A stretch of DNA of 64,000 nt, taken from an uncultured delta proteobacterium (GTDB lineage Bacteria; Desulfobacterota; Binatia; Binatales; Binataceae). Numbering within the stretch: position 1 is the stretch's first letter; each line of letters opens with the position of its first letter. The translations under genes and the position numbers were made by a program. Location of the stretch: assembly GCA_963794325.1 (NCBI GenBank), contig CAWCDG010000003.1, positions 64,001 to 128,000 on the forward strand. Direction: 5' to 3'. Positions 1 through 10,979 of this stretch are shown here, in pieces. The notes beneath the pieces were generated by a model. That model did not search any database. It was not told the origin of the DNA and saw only the letters and a program-made list of their open reading frames with translations.

Positions 1-1
1 C

Positions 2-1294
2 GACGAGCGCTCGCCGCGCACCGCTTACGCACTCATTCACGACGAGCTGCTGCTCGACGGCAACTCGCGACAGAATCTCGCGACCTTCTGCACCACCTGG
101 ATGGAACCCGAAGCGCTCACCCTGATGAATGAGTGCATCGACAAGAACATGATCGACAAGGACGAGTATCCGCAGACCGCCGAGATCGAGGCGCGATGCG
201 TTCATATCCTGGCCGATCTCTGGAATTCGCCCGACGGCTTGAACACCATCGGATGTTCCACCACCGGCTCCAGCGAAGCGGCGATGCTCGGCGGTCTCGC
301 GGCGAAATGGCGCTGGAGAGCCAAACGAAAAGCCCAGGGCAAATCCACTGACAAGCCGAATCTGGTTTGCGGGCCGGTGCAAGTATGCTGGCACAAATTC
401 GGCCAGTACTTCGATGTCGAAGTCCGCGAAGTTCCAGTCGAAGGCGACCGTTTACTGATGGGACCTGAGCAGGCAGTCGCGCGATGCGACGAAAATACGA
501 TCATGGTCGTCCCGACGCTTGGCGTAACCACCTGCTGCCAGTACGAACCGGTTCAGGCTATCGCTCAAGCGCTCGATAATCTCGAGAAGACTAAGGGACT
601 CGACATTCCAATTCACGTCGATGCGGCTAGCGGCGGTTTCCTCGCGCCGTTTTGCGATCCCGACCTCGTCTGGGATTTCCGGCTACCGAGGGTCAAATCG
701 ATAAACACCTCGGGGCACAAGTTCGGCCTGGCTCCGCTCGGTGTCGGCTGGGTGGTATGGCGCGATCACGCGGACCTGCCCGAAGATTTGATTTTCCACG
801 TCAACTACCTGGGCGGCGACATGCCGACCTTCGCACTGAACTTCTCGCGGCCGGCCGGCCAGATAGTTTGCCAGTACTACAATTTCCTGCGCCTGGGTTT
901 CGAAGGCTACCGCAATATCCAGAACGCCTGTTACCACACCGCGCAACATATCGCGGCTGAGATCGGCAAAATGGGCCCGTTCCGCGTCATCCATGACGGA
1001 CGCGGCGGACTTCCCGCAGTCTGCTGGATGCTCAAAGAGGGCGCCAGCCCCGGCTTCACACTTTACGATCTTTCCGATCGGCTCCGCGCCCGCGGATGGC
1101 AGGTGCCCGCCTACTCGATGCCTCCGAACCGCACCGATCTCGTCGTCCAGCGAATCCTCGTGCGCCACGGCGTGAGCCGCGACCTCGGCGACCTGCTGCT
1201 GGAGGACATCCGCCGCTCGATCGCGCTGCTCGAAAAGCATCCCATCTCACACCCGCTAACCGAAAACGAAGCCGGCGGCTACAATCACAACTAG
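2..1294 (+). CDS. gadB: Glutamate decarboxylase (5'-partial; starts before the window)
   Basis: Frame is open from position 2 ([23 protein letters not shown]). Contains [23 protein letters not shown] and the PLP-lysine motif SINTSGHK. Confidence 0.93.
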   Translation, partial: DERSPRTAYALIHDELLLDGNSRQNLATFCTTWMEPEALTLMNECIDKNMIDKDEYPQTAEIEARCVHILADLWNSPDGLNTIGCSTTGSSEAAMLGGLAAKWRWRAKRKAQGKSTDKPNLVCGPVQVCWHKFGQYFDVEVREVPVEGDRLLMGPEQAVARCDENTIMVVPTLGVTTCCQYEPVQAIAQALDNLEKTKGLDIPIHVDAASGGFLAPFCDPDLVWDFRLPRVKSINTSGHKFGLAPLGVGWVVWRDHADLPEDLIFHVNYLGGDMPTFALNFSRPAGQIVCQYYNFLRLGFEGYRNIQNACYHTAQHIAAEIGKMGPFRVIHDGRGGLPAVCWMLKEGASPGFTLYDLSDRLRARGWQVPAYSMPPNRTDLVVQRILVRHGVSRDLGDLLLEDIRRSIALLEKHPISHPLTENEAGGYNHN

Positions 1295-1310
1295 TGTCGG
1301 AATTTCTGAT

Positions 1311-1423
1311 CTGTTCCCCCTTTTCACCTTGGAAAGGGGGTGAGGGGGATAGGACGTGGCTGAATAGTTAGCTCAAATCCCCTTCCCTTTTATTGGAAGG
1401 GGCCAGGGGTTGGGGCTCTGTTC
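1311..1423 (-). repeat. REP-like double-hairpin repeat, family B
   Basis: CTGTTCCCCCTTT..GGAAAGGGG..GATAGGAC..AAATCCCCTTCCC..GGAAGGGGCCAGGGGTT. Other copies at 7335-7410, 48430-48563 and 51266-53800 (the last split by an IS). Confidence 0.85.
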
Positions 1424-1484
1424 TTAGTAGGATATTTGCGGGACATAGCAACTAGGAATTCGAGTCCGACTTAGCGGGGGAGCG

Positions 1485-4400
1485 ATGCGCTGCGAGAAGT
1501 GTGGAACGGACAATCCGGCGGGCAAGCGGTTTTGTGGAGACTGCGGCGCCGCGCTTGCAAACCGATGCGCCCGATGCGGCGCGGACAATCCGGTCGAGAA
1601 GAAGTTCTGCGGAGATTGCGGCGCCGCACTGGCAGCCGCCGCTCGTCCATCGACAGCCCAAATATCGGGTGCTGCGCCGATTCGCGTAGCCTCCGACGCG
1701 CCGGGTGAAGACCTCGCCGACGGCGAGCGCAAGACTGTCACCGCGCTGTTTGCCGACATCAAGGGCTCGACCGAGATGATGGAAGATCTCGACCCCGAGC
1801 AAGCGCGCAGCGTTATCGATCCCGCTCTGAAGCTGATGATGGATGCGGTCCATCGCTTCGACGGTTACGTCGTGCAATCGACCGGTGACGGCATCTTCGC
1901 CCTGCTTGGCGCGCCCATCGCGCACGAGGATCATCCGCAGCGCGCACTTTACGCCGCGCTCCGGATGCAGGAGGAGTTGCGCCGCTATTCGGCAGGCGTG
2001 GTCGCCGACGGCGGTACACCAATCCAGTGCCGCATCGGCATCAACACTGGCGAAGTCGTAGTCCGTTCGATTCAGACCGGCGCGGGTCACGTCGAGTACA
2101 CGCCCATCGGACATACCACCAACCTCGCGTCACGGATGCAGACCGCGGCGCCGGTCGGTTCGATCGCGGTGACCGAAACGACCCGCAAGCTGTGCGAAGG
2201 CTACTTCGTGCTCAAGCCGCTCGGCCCGACGCGGGTCAAAGGCGTTACCGAGCCGGTCAACGTTTACGAAGTCACTGGTCTGGGGCCGCTGCGCACGAGA
2301 TTGCAACGCTCGGCGGGTCGCGGGCTGACGAAGTTCGTCGGACGCGATCGCGAGATGGAAGCGATGCGCAACGCAGCCGAGCTCGCGCGCGCAGGACGCG
2401 GACAGATCATTGCGGCTATGGCGGAAGCGGGCACCGGCAAGTCGCGGCTATTCTTCGAATTCAAGGCCAAGAACCAATCAGGTTGGACGGTGCTGGAGAC
2501 GTTTTCGGTCTCCCACGGGAAAGCGTCGGCGTATTTCCCGGTCATCGACCTATTGCACTCATATTTCAAGATCACCGGCGAGGACGACCAGCGCGCGCGC
2601 CGCGTGAAGGTCAACGGCACCGTCGTAACGCTCGACCGTTCGCTGGAAGACACGCTGCCGTACCTGTTCGCGCTGCTGGGAATCGCCGAGGGCGCCGATC
2701 CGCTGACAGATATGGATGCGACGATGCGCAAGCGGCGCACGCTCGATGCGATCAAACGGATTCTCCTGCGCGAATCGCTTAATCAGCCGCTGATGGTCAT
2801 CTTCGAGGACCTCCATTGGATCGACGACGAGACGCAGGCGCTGCTGAATCTGCTCGCCGACTCGATCGGCACGGCGAAAATCCTGCTGCTGGTCAACTAC
2901 CGTCCCGAATACTCACATCAGTGGAATAGCAAGACTTACTATACTCAGTTACGGCTCGATTCTCTTGGCAAGGAAAGCGCGGACGAGATGCTGTCGGCGC
3001 TGCTGGGCGATGGTACCGGACTCACACCACTCAAGCGGCTGATTGTCGAACGCACCGAGGGCAACCCGTTCTTCATGGAGGAGACCGTGCAGGTGCTGCT
3101 CGACGAGGGCGCTCTGCTGCGCGACGGCTCTACGACCAGGCTCACGCGCCCGCTCGGAGAGCTCAAGATTCCGCCGACCGTGCAGGCAATCCTGGCCGCA
3201 CGAATCGATCGACTGCCCGCCGACGAGAAGGATCTGCTGCAAACACTGGCCGTGATTGGCAAGGAGTTCCCGCTGAGTCTTGTGCGTGCCACCAGCGGAC
3301 GCGGCGGCGACGATCTGAACCGGATGCTCAACGATCTGCAGCTCGGCGAGTTCATCTACGAGCAGCCGGCCATGGGCGACGTCGAGTACACGTTCAAGCA
3401 TGCGCTGACGCAGGAAGTCGCGTACAACTCGGTGCTGACAGAACGGCGCCGAGCCCTCCACGAACGCGCCGGCGGGGCGATCGAGGCCTTTTACGCAGGC
3501 CATCTCGACGATCACTTGTCGGAGCTGGCGCATCACTTCGCTCGCAGCGCCAATGCTGACAAGGCGCTGCGCTATCTGACGTTGGCGGGCAGGCAATCGC
3601 TGGATCGGTTTGCCTATGCCGAGTCGGAAGCTCAGTTGAAGAGAGGCCTCGAGTTTCTTCGAACCCTGCCCGAGGCCGAGCGCGCCAGGCGCGAGCTGGA
3701 TCTGGTTGTCCCGCTGGTCCAGACGCTATGGCGCGGCAAGGGTGTCGATTCTCAAGAGACCCGCGAGATGGCCGCCCGCGCCGCCGCCCTTGCTGAGAAG
3801 ACCGGCAACCTCGCTGAGCTCATCCAACAGCTCAATCTGATCAGGATCCCGATCATGCGCACCGGCGACTACGCCAACTCAGAGGCAATTGCCGATCGCA
3901 TGCTCGAGCTCGCTCAACGCGAGGGCAGCGCCGCCAGCTTCGCGGCCGCTTATCATGGCAAAGTCCAGGCAGAATATTACAAGGGTGACCTGGCAGGCGC
4001 CGAAGCAGCGTTCGCTCATTGGCGTAACTACCAGCACGCGTCCGACCTCGCGGCCTCAACCATTGTCATGACATTCGCCAGCTGGTGCGCTTGTCAGATG
4101 GGCCGCATCGAGTTGGCCCGTGAACGTATCGGCGAGGCGGTAGCGTCAGCTCGCGATACCAAGGACCCCTTTACCCTGATCGTCGCCGGCCAGATGGAGT
4201 CCTCGTTCCACCGGCATCTCAAGGACCCGAAGCGCGTCGATGCCGTGGCTACAGCAGCGTTGGCGTTCGCCGGAGACCTTAGTCCGGTTGGACGAGGCCT
4301 TCTTGCTTTAAAGGGCTGGGCCCTCGCACACCTTGGCAACCCCGGCGAAGGTGTTTCACTGATTCGTCAGGGGCTGGCAGAGCTGGGAGTGAGGGGAGGC

Positions 4401-4802
4401 GGTGTGATCTTCGATTGCTATCTCTGTCTGGCTGAGGCTCAGTCCCTGGAAGGCAACCTCGATGACGCCTTGGTGACGATCGAAGAAACGCTCCAGCTAA
4501 ATCCTCAGGAAGTAGTAATGAGGCCCGAGTTGCTTCGGGTGCGTGGCGAACTCAATCAGAAGCTTGGTCATCTCGATGAGGCGGAGTCGGACCTACGCGA
4601 GGCGATCTCGCGTTTGCAGAAGATGGGCGCGAAACTGTGGGAACTTCGCGCGACCACCAGCCTCGCGAGGCTGCTGCGCGATCGCAATCGTCGCGACGAG
4701 GCTCGCATGATGCTCGCCGACATCTACAACTGGTTCACCGAAGGCTTCGACACCGCCGACCTCAAGGACGCCAAGGCTCTGCTCGCCGAATTGAGCGGCT
4801 AA
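1485..4802 (+). CDS. Double zinc-ribbon / class III adenylate-guanylate cyclase / AAA (STAND) ATPase / TPR protein
   Basis: N-terminal CxxC pairs, [11 protein letters not shown] and GDGIFALLG cyclase motifs, Walker [10 protein letters not shown]-terminal [11 protein letters not shown]. Confidence 0.92.
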   Translation: MRCEKCGTDNPAGKRFCGDCGAALANRCARCGADNPVEKKFCGDCGAALAAAARPSTAQISGAAPIRVASDAPGEDLADGERKTVTALFADIKGSTEMMEDLDPEQARSVIDPALKLMMDAVHRFDGYVVQSTGDGIFALLGAPIAHEDHPQRALYAALRMQEELRRYSAGVVADGGTPIQCRIGINTGEVVVRSIQTGAGHVEYTPIGHTTNLASRMQTAAPVGSIAVTETTRKLCEGYFVLKPLGPTRVKGVTEPVNVYEVTGLGPLRTRLQRSAGRGLTKFVGRDREMEAMRNAAELARAGRGQIIAAMAEAGTGKSRLFFEFKAKNQSGWTVLETFSVSHGKASAYFPVIDLLHSYFKITGEDDQRARRVKVNGTVVTLDRSLEDTLPYLFALLGIAEGADPLTDMDATMRKRRTLDAIKRILLRESLNQPLMVIFEDLHWIDDETQALLNLLADSIGTAKILLLVNYRPEYSHQWNSKTYYTQLRLDSLGKESADEMLSALLGDGTGLTPLKRLIVERTEGNPFFMEETVQVLLDEGALLRDGSTTRLTRPLGELKIPPTVQAILAARIDRLPADEKDLLQTLAVIGKEFPLSLVRATSGRGGDDLNRMLNDLQLGEFIYEQPAMGDVEYTFKHALTQEVAYNSVLTERRRALHERAGGAIEAFYAGHLDDHLSELAHHFARSANADKALRYLTLAGRQSLDRFAYAESEAQLKRGLEFLRTLPEAERARRELDLVVPLVQTLWRGKGVDSQETREMAARAAALAEKTGNLAELIQQLNLIRIPIMRTGDYANSEAIADRMLELAQREGSAASFAAAYHGKVQAEYYKGDLAGAEAAFAHWRNYQHASDLAASTIVMTFASWCACQMGRIELARERIGEAVASARDTKDPFTLIVAGQMESSFHRHLKDPKRVDAVATAALAFAGDLSPVGRGLLALKGWALAHLGNPGEGVSLIRQGLAELGVRGGGVIFDCYLCLAEAQSLEGNLDDALVTIEETLQLNPQEVVMRPELLRVRGELNQKLGHLDEAESDLREAISRLQKMGAKLWELRATTSLARLLRDRNRRDEARMMLADIYNWFTEGFDTADLKDAKALLAELSG

Positions 4803-4916
4803 CTCCCGAGCAGCAGGATCTCGCCACCTATCTGCTCGAAATGGGCGTTGACAACCTGTATCGGGGCGGGGGACTGTTGAGGCTCTCTCAATTTGTGCTC
4901 GGGGGGTTCAACAAAA

Positions 4917-5759
4917 ATGGTTTCGACTGGTTGCGTCTATCGGGCGGCGATAGCGTCGTCGCTTGCGGTTCTGCTGGCGTTCGGCCTTGCTGGATGCGCC
5001 ACGACGTGGAGTCCGATTCCGATCACTCCGAGGGTTGCGCTCACCCCGACCAAGGGCGACGTCACGATGCAGGCGCGGCCCGGAGCGCCGATCGGACAAA
5101 TAGTTCCCGTGGATGTCTCGATCGCAAACGGAACCGACGAGCCCTATCTGGTTCAACCCGATCAGGTTTTCGCTATCAACCAACAAGGTCAAAGGATCAT
5201 GCCGGTGCCGGCCAACGAAGCAATTCAGGAAGCAGGCAACGCGAACGCATTAAAAGCGGGACTGACCGGCGCCGCCAAGAATGCGGTGATCGGTGGGCTA
5301 GTGGGGGCGGCGACCGGTGCCGCTATCGGCGCCGCAGTAGGTTCGATAGTGCTTGCGCCGGCGCAAGGCGCTCTGGTCGGCGCTGCGATCGGCGGTAGCG
5401 TCGGAGCCGCTGGAGGCGGTGTGTACGGTGGAGCGCAAGGTCAGGCCGCGGCTCATCACGACGCCGACACTCAAATTTCATCGCTGTCCTTGCAGACTCG
5501 CGAGGCCCATCCGAATTATTCGATCAACGGCTACGTGTTTTTCCCCAAGGGCGAGTACACCTCGATTCAGATGACCGTCCTCAACGAGGAGACTCATCAG
5601 ACTGATACGCGTACCACTTCATGGGACGGCGGCGAGATCGCAACCGGCGGCATCGGCGCAATTCCGATGAGCAACTCGCCTGCGGCTGCCAGCCCAAGCG
5701 TCGTGCAACCGCCTGCCGCGCAGCAATTTCAGCAGCAGCGACAGAATCAAACCGAATAG
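4917..5759 (+). CDS. Hypothetical lipoprotein with glycine-zipper region
   Basis: LAGC lipobox followed by a GxxxG-rich hydrophobic stretch. Confidence 0.75.
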   Translation: MVSTGCVYRAAIASSLAVLLAFGLAGCATTWSPIPITPRVALTPTKGDVTMQARPGAPIGQIVPVDVSIANGTDEPYLVQPDQVFAINQQGQRIMPVPANEAIQEAGNANALKAGLTGAAKNAVIGGLVGAATGAAIGAAVGSIVLAPAQGALVGAAIGGSVGAAGGGVYGGAQGQAAAHHDADTQISSLSLQTREAHPNYSINGYVFFPKGEYTSIQMTVLNEETHQTDTRTTSWDGGEIATGGIGAIPMSNSPAAASPSVVQPPAAQQFQQQRQNQTE

Positions 5760-5777
5760 TCCGTAGCTGAAATAAGA

Positions 5778-5807
5778 AGGCCGCAGCCCCCGACGGGACT
5801 GCGGCCT
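5778..5807. terminator. Hairpin between convergent genes
   Basis: AGGCCGCAG...CTGCGGCCT inverted repeat. Confidence 0.5.
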
Positions 5808-5834
5808 CCGGTTCAACCGATCTCTAGTATCGAC

Positions 5835-6314
5835 TTACTGTTGGGGCACCAGTTCGACGCGCCGGTTCTGCGCGCGACCCTCCTCGGTCTTGTTGGTGGC
5901 GACGAAGTTCGTACTGCCGTAACCGAGCACTCTCAGCTGCAGCACGTTGATTCCGCCATTCAACAGGTAATTGGTCACCGCATTCGCGCGATACTCGGAC
6001 AGCTTCTGATTAGAATCCGCGTCGCCGATGGAGTCACAGTAGCCGTTCACGTAGATGACGACGTGCGGGTTCGCCTTCAGAATCGTGATGGCTTCATCAA
6101 GAACGGCCGCATCACCCGTGCGGATTTGGTACTTTCCGAAATCGAAATGCACTCCGCGTAGCACGATCTTCTGTTGGACCGCCGGCGGCGGCGGAGCTGC
6201 TGGCGGCGGCGGAGGCGGAGGTGCCGTCGGCGCAGGCGTCGATGACGAGCACGACGAGACGGTCAAAAGGACAACAGTCGCAAACAATCCCACCCAATTT
6301 TTCCACTTATGCAC
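5835..6314 (-). CDS. OmpA-family peptidoglycan-binding lipoprotein
   Basis: Lipobox, Pro-rich linker, VHFDFG, GYCDSIG, NQKLSEYRA, RAQNRRVE. Confidence 0.9.
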   Translation of the reverse strand: MHKWKNWVGLFATVVLLTVSSCSSSTPAPTAPPPPPPPAAPPPPAVQQKIVLRGVHFDFGKYQIRTGDAAVLDEAITILKANPHVVIYVNGYCDSIGDADSNQKLSEYRANAVTNYLLNGGINVLQLRVLGYGSTNFVATNKTEEGRAQNRRVELVPQQ

Positions 6315-6510
6315 GAAATCCCTCCCTGAGATTCAAGCAGTTCTGGAACAAAGCATCGCGAATTGTGCCATTTATGTAGAGCAAGGTCTAATCAATGGAC
6401 GAGGCTGTCTCATAAACGCGCGATTCGTACACCAACCTCCACATGCCGCGATAGGAAGGTGATGCACCTTCCCGGCAATGTCGATCGGGCTTTAGCTATG
6501 CGACTGCTTG

Positions 6511-7182
6511 CTACGAAGAAGGAGAAAGACAGGGCAGGGTGCGCGCTACCGTGTATTGATAGACTCGCCCGCCCCAGGAGAACGTGTCCAGGCCGCTTCC
6601 AGTCTCGGACTTCAGTTCCGCGACCTGGTAGGGATCGTTCGGGTCCATCACGATTGGAGCATACGCGAGATAGCAGGTCCCGACGTCGGGAATTGAGTTG
6701 CTCAGCGGCGGCTGGAAGTTCATCTTGAGAAAGTTCACCGCCGGTACCCAGCCGTCAGGGCCGGTCTCGCTGTCTACCGTCGGAGTCCAATGCGCTTCGT
6801 CCGTGGAGTTCTGCAGATGGAGTTCGCGATACTCGGGAGCGCCCGCGCTGTTCTTGCGCAACTCGACCAGCACCATATCCGGATGCGAGAGCGCCATCAT
6901 CTGGCATAGATTCGCAGCGGTCAGTTGCGGAGGCGGCTTGCTCGCCTCTTCGGTTGGCAGTTCGGCGTCCGGATCCTTGGCGTCAGCGTCGTCCTTCGTG
7001 CCGCCGGTGGCGGCCGTGTATGCCGCATGGGCCACGCTGATTACCGACGGTATTGCGCCCAGCAATGGCAGCATGCATCCTGCGCTGCCGAACGCGATCG
7101 CCGCGACTATCGCGACAAGAATCCCCGGCCCGCCGGCCTGCGGCATCGATCGCAGAAATGACTTCCGGTTGCTCCCCACCAA
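6511..7182 (-). CDS. Hypothetical lipoprotein
   Basis: Hydrophobic N-terminus with SAGC and plausible codon usage. Confidence 0.65.
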   Translation of the reverse strand: MVGSNRKSFLRSMPQAGGPGILVAIVAAIAFGSAGCMLPLLGAIPSVISVAHAAYTAATGGTKDDADAKDPDAELPTEEASKPPPQLTAANLCQMMALSHPDMVLVELRKNSAGAPEYRELHLQNSTDEAHWTPTVDSETGPDGWVPAVNFLKMNFQPPLSNSIPDVGTCYLAYAPIVMDPNDPYQVAELKSETGSGLDTFSWGGRVYQYTVARTLPCLSPSS

Positions 7183-7421
7183 TTCTCCCCCAACCAGACT
7201 CTATCTTTCGCTGCGGAGAGTTTAGCAGCTGGCAAGGAACGATACTAACTGTAGGACTATCCGCAATTCTCACTTTCGGAAGTCCCGGGTCCGGCGGGAA
7301 CAAGAGCCTTAATTGCCGTCTGCAGACCTCCCTTCTGTTCCCCCCTTTCCGCGGGAAAGGGGATGAGGGGGATAGGACAACGCGGAATCGTCAACTCAAA
7401 TCCCCTTCCCATCCTCCCCCG

Positions 7422-7482
7422 ACCCTGAGAGCGAAAGGTTGTCCTCAACATTTCGCGCTTCTCACTGGGTGCAGGGGTCACC
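7422..7482 (-). repeat. Structured repeat family C (partial)
   Basis: Reverse complement of GGTGACCCCTGCACCCAGT..CGCGAAATGTTGAGGACAACCTTTCGCTCTCAGG. Confidence 0.8.
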
Positions 7483-7520
7483 TCCCGCGACGGTGTCGAT
7501 GCCGCCCGCCGCGCAGGCGA

Positions 7521-8438
7521 TTAACGTAGAGCCCACGCTTTGATCAGATGATGCGCAATCGCGACCGGCGGCGGCACCCGGAGACCGTCCACCTGCTTTC
7601 CCTCGATCAACTCGCGCGCGACGCGCCGCTCGATCCACCGCACTTCCGCGAGTTCGTTCTCATCGACCTTGGCGTCGCGGCTTTCCGCCTTCGCGAAGCA
7701 TCCAATCATCAGCGACGACGGGAACGGCCACGGCTGCGTCGCATAGTAGGTGACCTCGCCGACTTTTACCGACGCTTCCTCCATCAGTTCGCGCCGCACT
7801 GCCTCCTCGATCGTCTCGCCGGGCTCGACAAAGCCCGCCAGCGCCGAGAACATCCCCGGCGGAAATTGCTTACCGCGTCCCACCAGGCACGCCTCACCGA
7901 ATGTCGCCAGCATGATCACCACCGGATCGACGCGCGGAAAATGCTCAGCCTTGCACTCACCGCACAACCGGCGATAACCCGCGTCCATGATTTTCGTCGC
8001 CGCACCGCATGCCGGGCAGAAGCCGTGCCGGCGATGCCAATCGATCATCGCCTTCGCCTGCGCGATGATCGCGGAATCCTGAATCGAGACGACTGATCCA
8101 GCGAAACGCGCATCGCGAAAATATCCGAGGCCCTTAAGCGGCCCGGCGTTCGCCGGATCGGCGAGCTCGGAAACGTCGAGTGCAAACAGCGCGCGCTGGC
8201 CATCGAGCCCCAAAAAAATGCAAACAGCTTCAGCACCCGCGATCGAATCGACAATTTCCGCTCGCACCAGCCCAAGCTCGATCGGAGGCGCCGACTTTTC
8301 GGACCCGAGCAGAAACGGCTCCAGCCGCCACATCGGAAGTATTAAGGAAGAAGGATCACGCCGCTTCGACTCGATCCATTTCGAATCGGTCCGCTTCTCG
8401 CTAGCGCGATCGAGAGGACTACCAGCAAAAGGAATCAT
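7521..8438 (-). CDS. nudC: NAD(H) pyrophosphatase, Nudix family
   Basis: FCPACG..CGEC zinc site, Nudix box GFVEPGETIEEAVRRELMEE, and QPWPFPSSLM. Confidence 0.93.
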   Translation of the reverse strand: MIPFAGSPLDRASEKRTDSKWIESKRRDPSSLILPMWRLEPFLLGSEKSAPPIELGLVRAEIVDSIAGAEAVCIFLGLDGQRALFALDVSELADPANAGPLKGLGYFRDARFAGSVVSIQDSAIIAQAKAMIDWHRRHGFCPACGAATKIMDAGYRRLCGECKAEHFPRVDPVVIMLATFGEACLVGRGKQFPPGMFSALAGFVEPGETIEEAVRRELMEEASVKVGEVTYYATQPWPFPSSLMIGCFAKAESRDAKVDENELAEVRWIERRVARELIEGKQVDGLRVPPPVAIAHHLIKAWALR

Positions 8439-8536
8439 CCAGCCTCCACAAAAACCAGCCCGTGAATGTGTCCCAATAGATTAGCCGGGCCTCCACGCTG
8501 GACGCCAATTGCGAGCGGCGGCTAGTATCGGCATTC

Positions 8537-10063
8537 GTGGGATCGCCGCTCAACGTATTGTTCATCACCGCCGATCAATGGCGCGGCGATTGTCTTTCAG
8601 CGCTCGACCATCCCTGCGTCCGCACGCCGAATCTCGACGCGCTCGCGGCTGACGGCGTGCTCTTCCGCCGTCACTTCGCCAATGCCGCGCCATGCGGTCC
8701 GAGTCGCGCGTCGCTGCACACCGGGATGTATCTGCAGAATCATCGCTCCGGCACCAACGGCACTCCGCTCGATGCGCGCCATACCAACTGGGCCAAGGAG
8801 AGTGCATCGCACGGCTACGATCCGGTGTTGTTCGGCTACACCGACACCAGCCAGGATCCGCGCGAGCTCGCGGCCGACGATCCATGGCTGAAGACTTACG
8901 GAGGTCCTCTGCCCGGCATCCGGCCGATCTGCCTGATCGGAGACGTCCCCAAGCCGTGGACCGATTGGCTCAAGACTCTCGGCTTCGAAGTGCCAGCGGA
9001 TATTAGCTTCGCCTACGGCAATCGCGATGCTGGTCCTGACTACGAAGACGGCGCGCCGAATCCCAAGCCACTCAAGTATCCGGCGGAGTTCGACGACACC
9101 GCGTTCCTGGTCGGCAAAACCATCGACTACATTAAGAGCGCAACCGGTCCTTTCATCGCGCACCTGTCGCTCCTGCGTCCGCATCCGCCGTTCGTCGCGC
9201 CCGAGCCTTACAACTCGATGTACGATCCTGCGAAGGTGCCCGGTTTCACGCGCCTGCCAACCGCGGGAGATGAAGCGCGCCAGCATCCATGGCTGGCGCA
9301 TCAGCTAAGTCGCCGAATCTACCGAGCCACTGACAACGAGAAGCGCCTTCGACGGCTGAAGGCCGTTTACTACGGCCTCATCAGCCGCGTCGATGCGGAG
9401 CTGGGGCGACTAATTCGTTTTCTCAAAGAGTCGGGGCGATGGGATTCGACGCTCATCATCTTTACCTCGGATCACGGCGAGCAGATGGGCGATCACTGGC
9501 TCATCGGCAAGGGCGGCTACTTCGACGGCTCGTACCACATCCCGCTAATCGTCCGCGATCCGCGTCCGCAAGCCGCCGCCGAGCGCGGCTCGGTAGTTTC
9601 GTCATTCACCGAGAACGTCGATATCATGCCCACGATGCTCGAAGCGATCGGCGCCGACATTCCAATACAATGCGACGGCGCATCACTCGCGCCGTTCATC
9701 GAAGGGGCGGGCCGTCCCGCCAAATGGCGCAGCGAAGCGCACTGGGAGTTCGATTTCCGCGATCCCGCCGACGACTCCGCCGAGCGCGCACTAGACCTCA
9801 CGATGCATCAATGCACGATGAACATCATCCGCGGCGATCGTTACAAATACGTCCATTTCACAAATCTGCCGCCGCTATTCTTCGACCTGCAGAAGGACCC
9901 AAACGAATTCAAGAACCTCGCAAGCGACGCTTCGTACGCGCCGCAAGTCCTCGAGTACACACAAAAACTCCTGTCATGGCGCATGAACCACGACGAGCAA
10001 ACCCTAACCCACATCACCCTAAGCGACACCGGCCCAATAACCCGCCGCGCCCCCCGCTATTGA
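8537..10063 (+). CDS. Phosphonate monoester hydrolase / sulfatase family
   Basis: NVLFITADQWR, CGPSRASL formylglycine motif and TSDHGEQMGDH. Confidence 0.85.
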   Translation: MGSPLNVLFITADQWRGDCLSALDHPCVRTPNLDALAADGVLFRRHFANAAPCGPSRASLHTGMYLQNHRSGTNGTPLDARHTNWAKESASHGYDPVLFGYTDTSQDPRELAADDPWLKTYGGPLPGIRPICLIGDVPKPWTDWLKTLGFEVPADISFAYGNRDAGPDYEDGAPNPKPLKYPAEFDDTAFLVGKTIDYIKSATGPFIAHLSLLRPHPPFVAPEPYNSMYDPAKVPGFTRLPTAGDEARQHPWLAHQLSRRIYRATDNEKRLRRLKAVYYGLISRVDAELGRLIRFLKESGRWDSTLIIFTSDHGEQMGDHWLIGKGGYFDGSYHIPLIVRDPRPQAAAERGSVVSSFTENVDIMPTMLEAIGADIPIQCDGASLAPFIEGAGRPAKWRSEAHWEFDFRDPADDSAERALDLTMHQCTMNIIRGDRYKYVHFTNLPPLFFDLQKDPNEFKNLASDASYAPQVLEYTQKLLSWRMNHDEQTLTHITLSDTGPITRRAPRY

Positions 10064-10071
10064 TTTTTCTG

Positions 10072-10157
10072 TCTCCTCTCCCTGTTAGGGAGAGGATGAA
10101 GGTGAGGGTCCGATTACAGCGCGCTATTTTGCGCGCGATTCAGGATTCTGCTTCTGT
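10072..10157 (+). repeat. Palindromic repeat family D
   Basis: CTCTCCC..GGGAGAGGAT..GAGGGTCC..ACAGCGCGC..CGCGCGATTCA.GATTCTG. Other copies at 24519-24602, 30448-30530 (inverted) and 47058-47136. Confidence 0.8.
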
Positions 10158-10160
10158 CCT

Positions 10161-10979
10161 CTACGGCCGTTCCCCGTTACGGATGCGCGCCTCGATCGCA
10201 TCGATTGCCCGCTCGCAATCATCGACCCCATCGATCACTTCATGCGCGCCCGCCGCGGACAGAGCCGCTCGCGCACTCTTGAGCCGGCTCGCTCGTTCTG
10301 CTGCCGCGAGCGCGCCGAAATCCTCCGCCGACAACCCGATCATGTTGCCGGTGCGCGCGACGCCGATCGTCCACACACCCGCGCGCAATCCTTCCTCGAT
10401 ATCGACCGGAGTGTCGCCGATCTTCACGATGGCCTCGAGCGGCTCGACCTTCATCCGGATGGCATTCGTGTAGATCATCCATGGATACGGGCGTCCGGCA
10501 CCGACGTCATCCGGCGTGATCGCGGATTCAGGCGCGTAGCCCTGCGCAGCGGCGGGTTGCAGGATCATCTCGAGCATCGCGCGCGTGTATCCGGTCGTGC
10601 TGCCGATCTTGATTCCACGTTTGCGAAGACGCGCGACAGTCTCCGCGACTCCATCGATCACGGTCGAGTATTTCACGAGGCATTCGATCTGCCGCGGCAC
10701 AAAGTTCGCGAACAGACTCTCGACATCCGCCTCGGTCGGCTCGTGCCCAACGGCTTTGGCCCACCGACCCGAGACGCTTTCGCTGAAAAGAATCTTTCTG
10801 ATGTGATCGATCTTCAGCACGCCCATGTCGCGACGCGCTTCCTCTTCCGAAATTGGAACACCGCGCTTCGCAAACACTTCCTGCAGAACGCGCACCGGCG
10901 CGAGGCTGCCGTGATCGACCGTCGTCCCCGCCCAATCGAGAATCACCGCCCTCACCGGCCCCGAATACGGCTGCTTCAT
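10161..10979 (-). CDS. phnX: Phosphonoacetaldehyde hydrolase
   Basis: AVILDWAGTTVDHG, STTGYTR, GRPYPWM and KIGDTPVDIEEG. Start overlaps the upstream stop (TAATG). Confidence 0.93.
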   Translation of the reverse strand: MKQPYSGPVRAVILDWAGTTVDHGSLAPVRVLQEVFAKRGVPISEEEARRDMGVLKIDHIRKILFSESVSGRWAKAVGHEPTEADVESLFANFVPRQIECLVKYSTVIDGVAETVARLRKRGIKIGSTTGYTRAMLEMILQPAAAQGYAPESAITPDDVGAGRPYPWMIYTNAIRMKVEPLEAIVKIGDTPVDIEEGLRAGVWTIGVARTGNMIGLSAEDFGALAAAERASRLKSARAALSAAGAHEVIDGVDDCERAIDAIEARIRNGERP

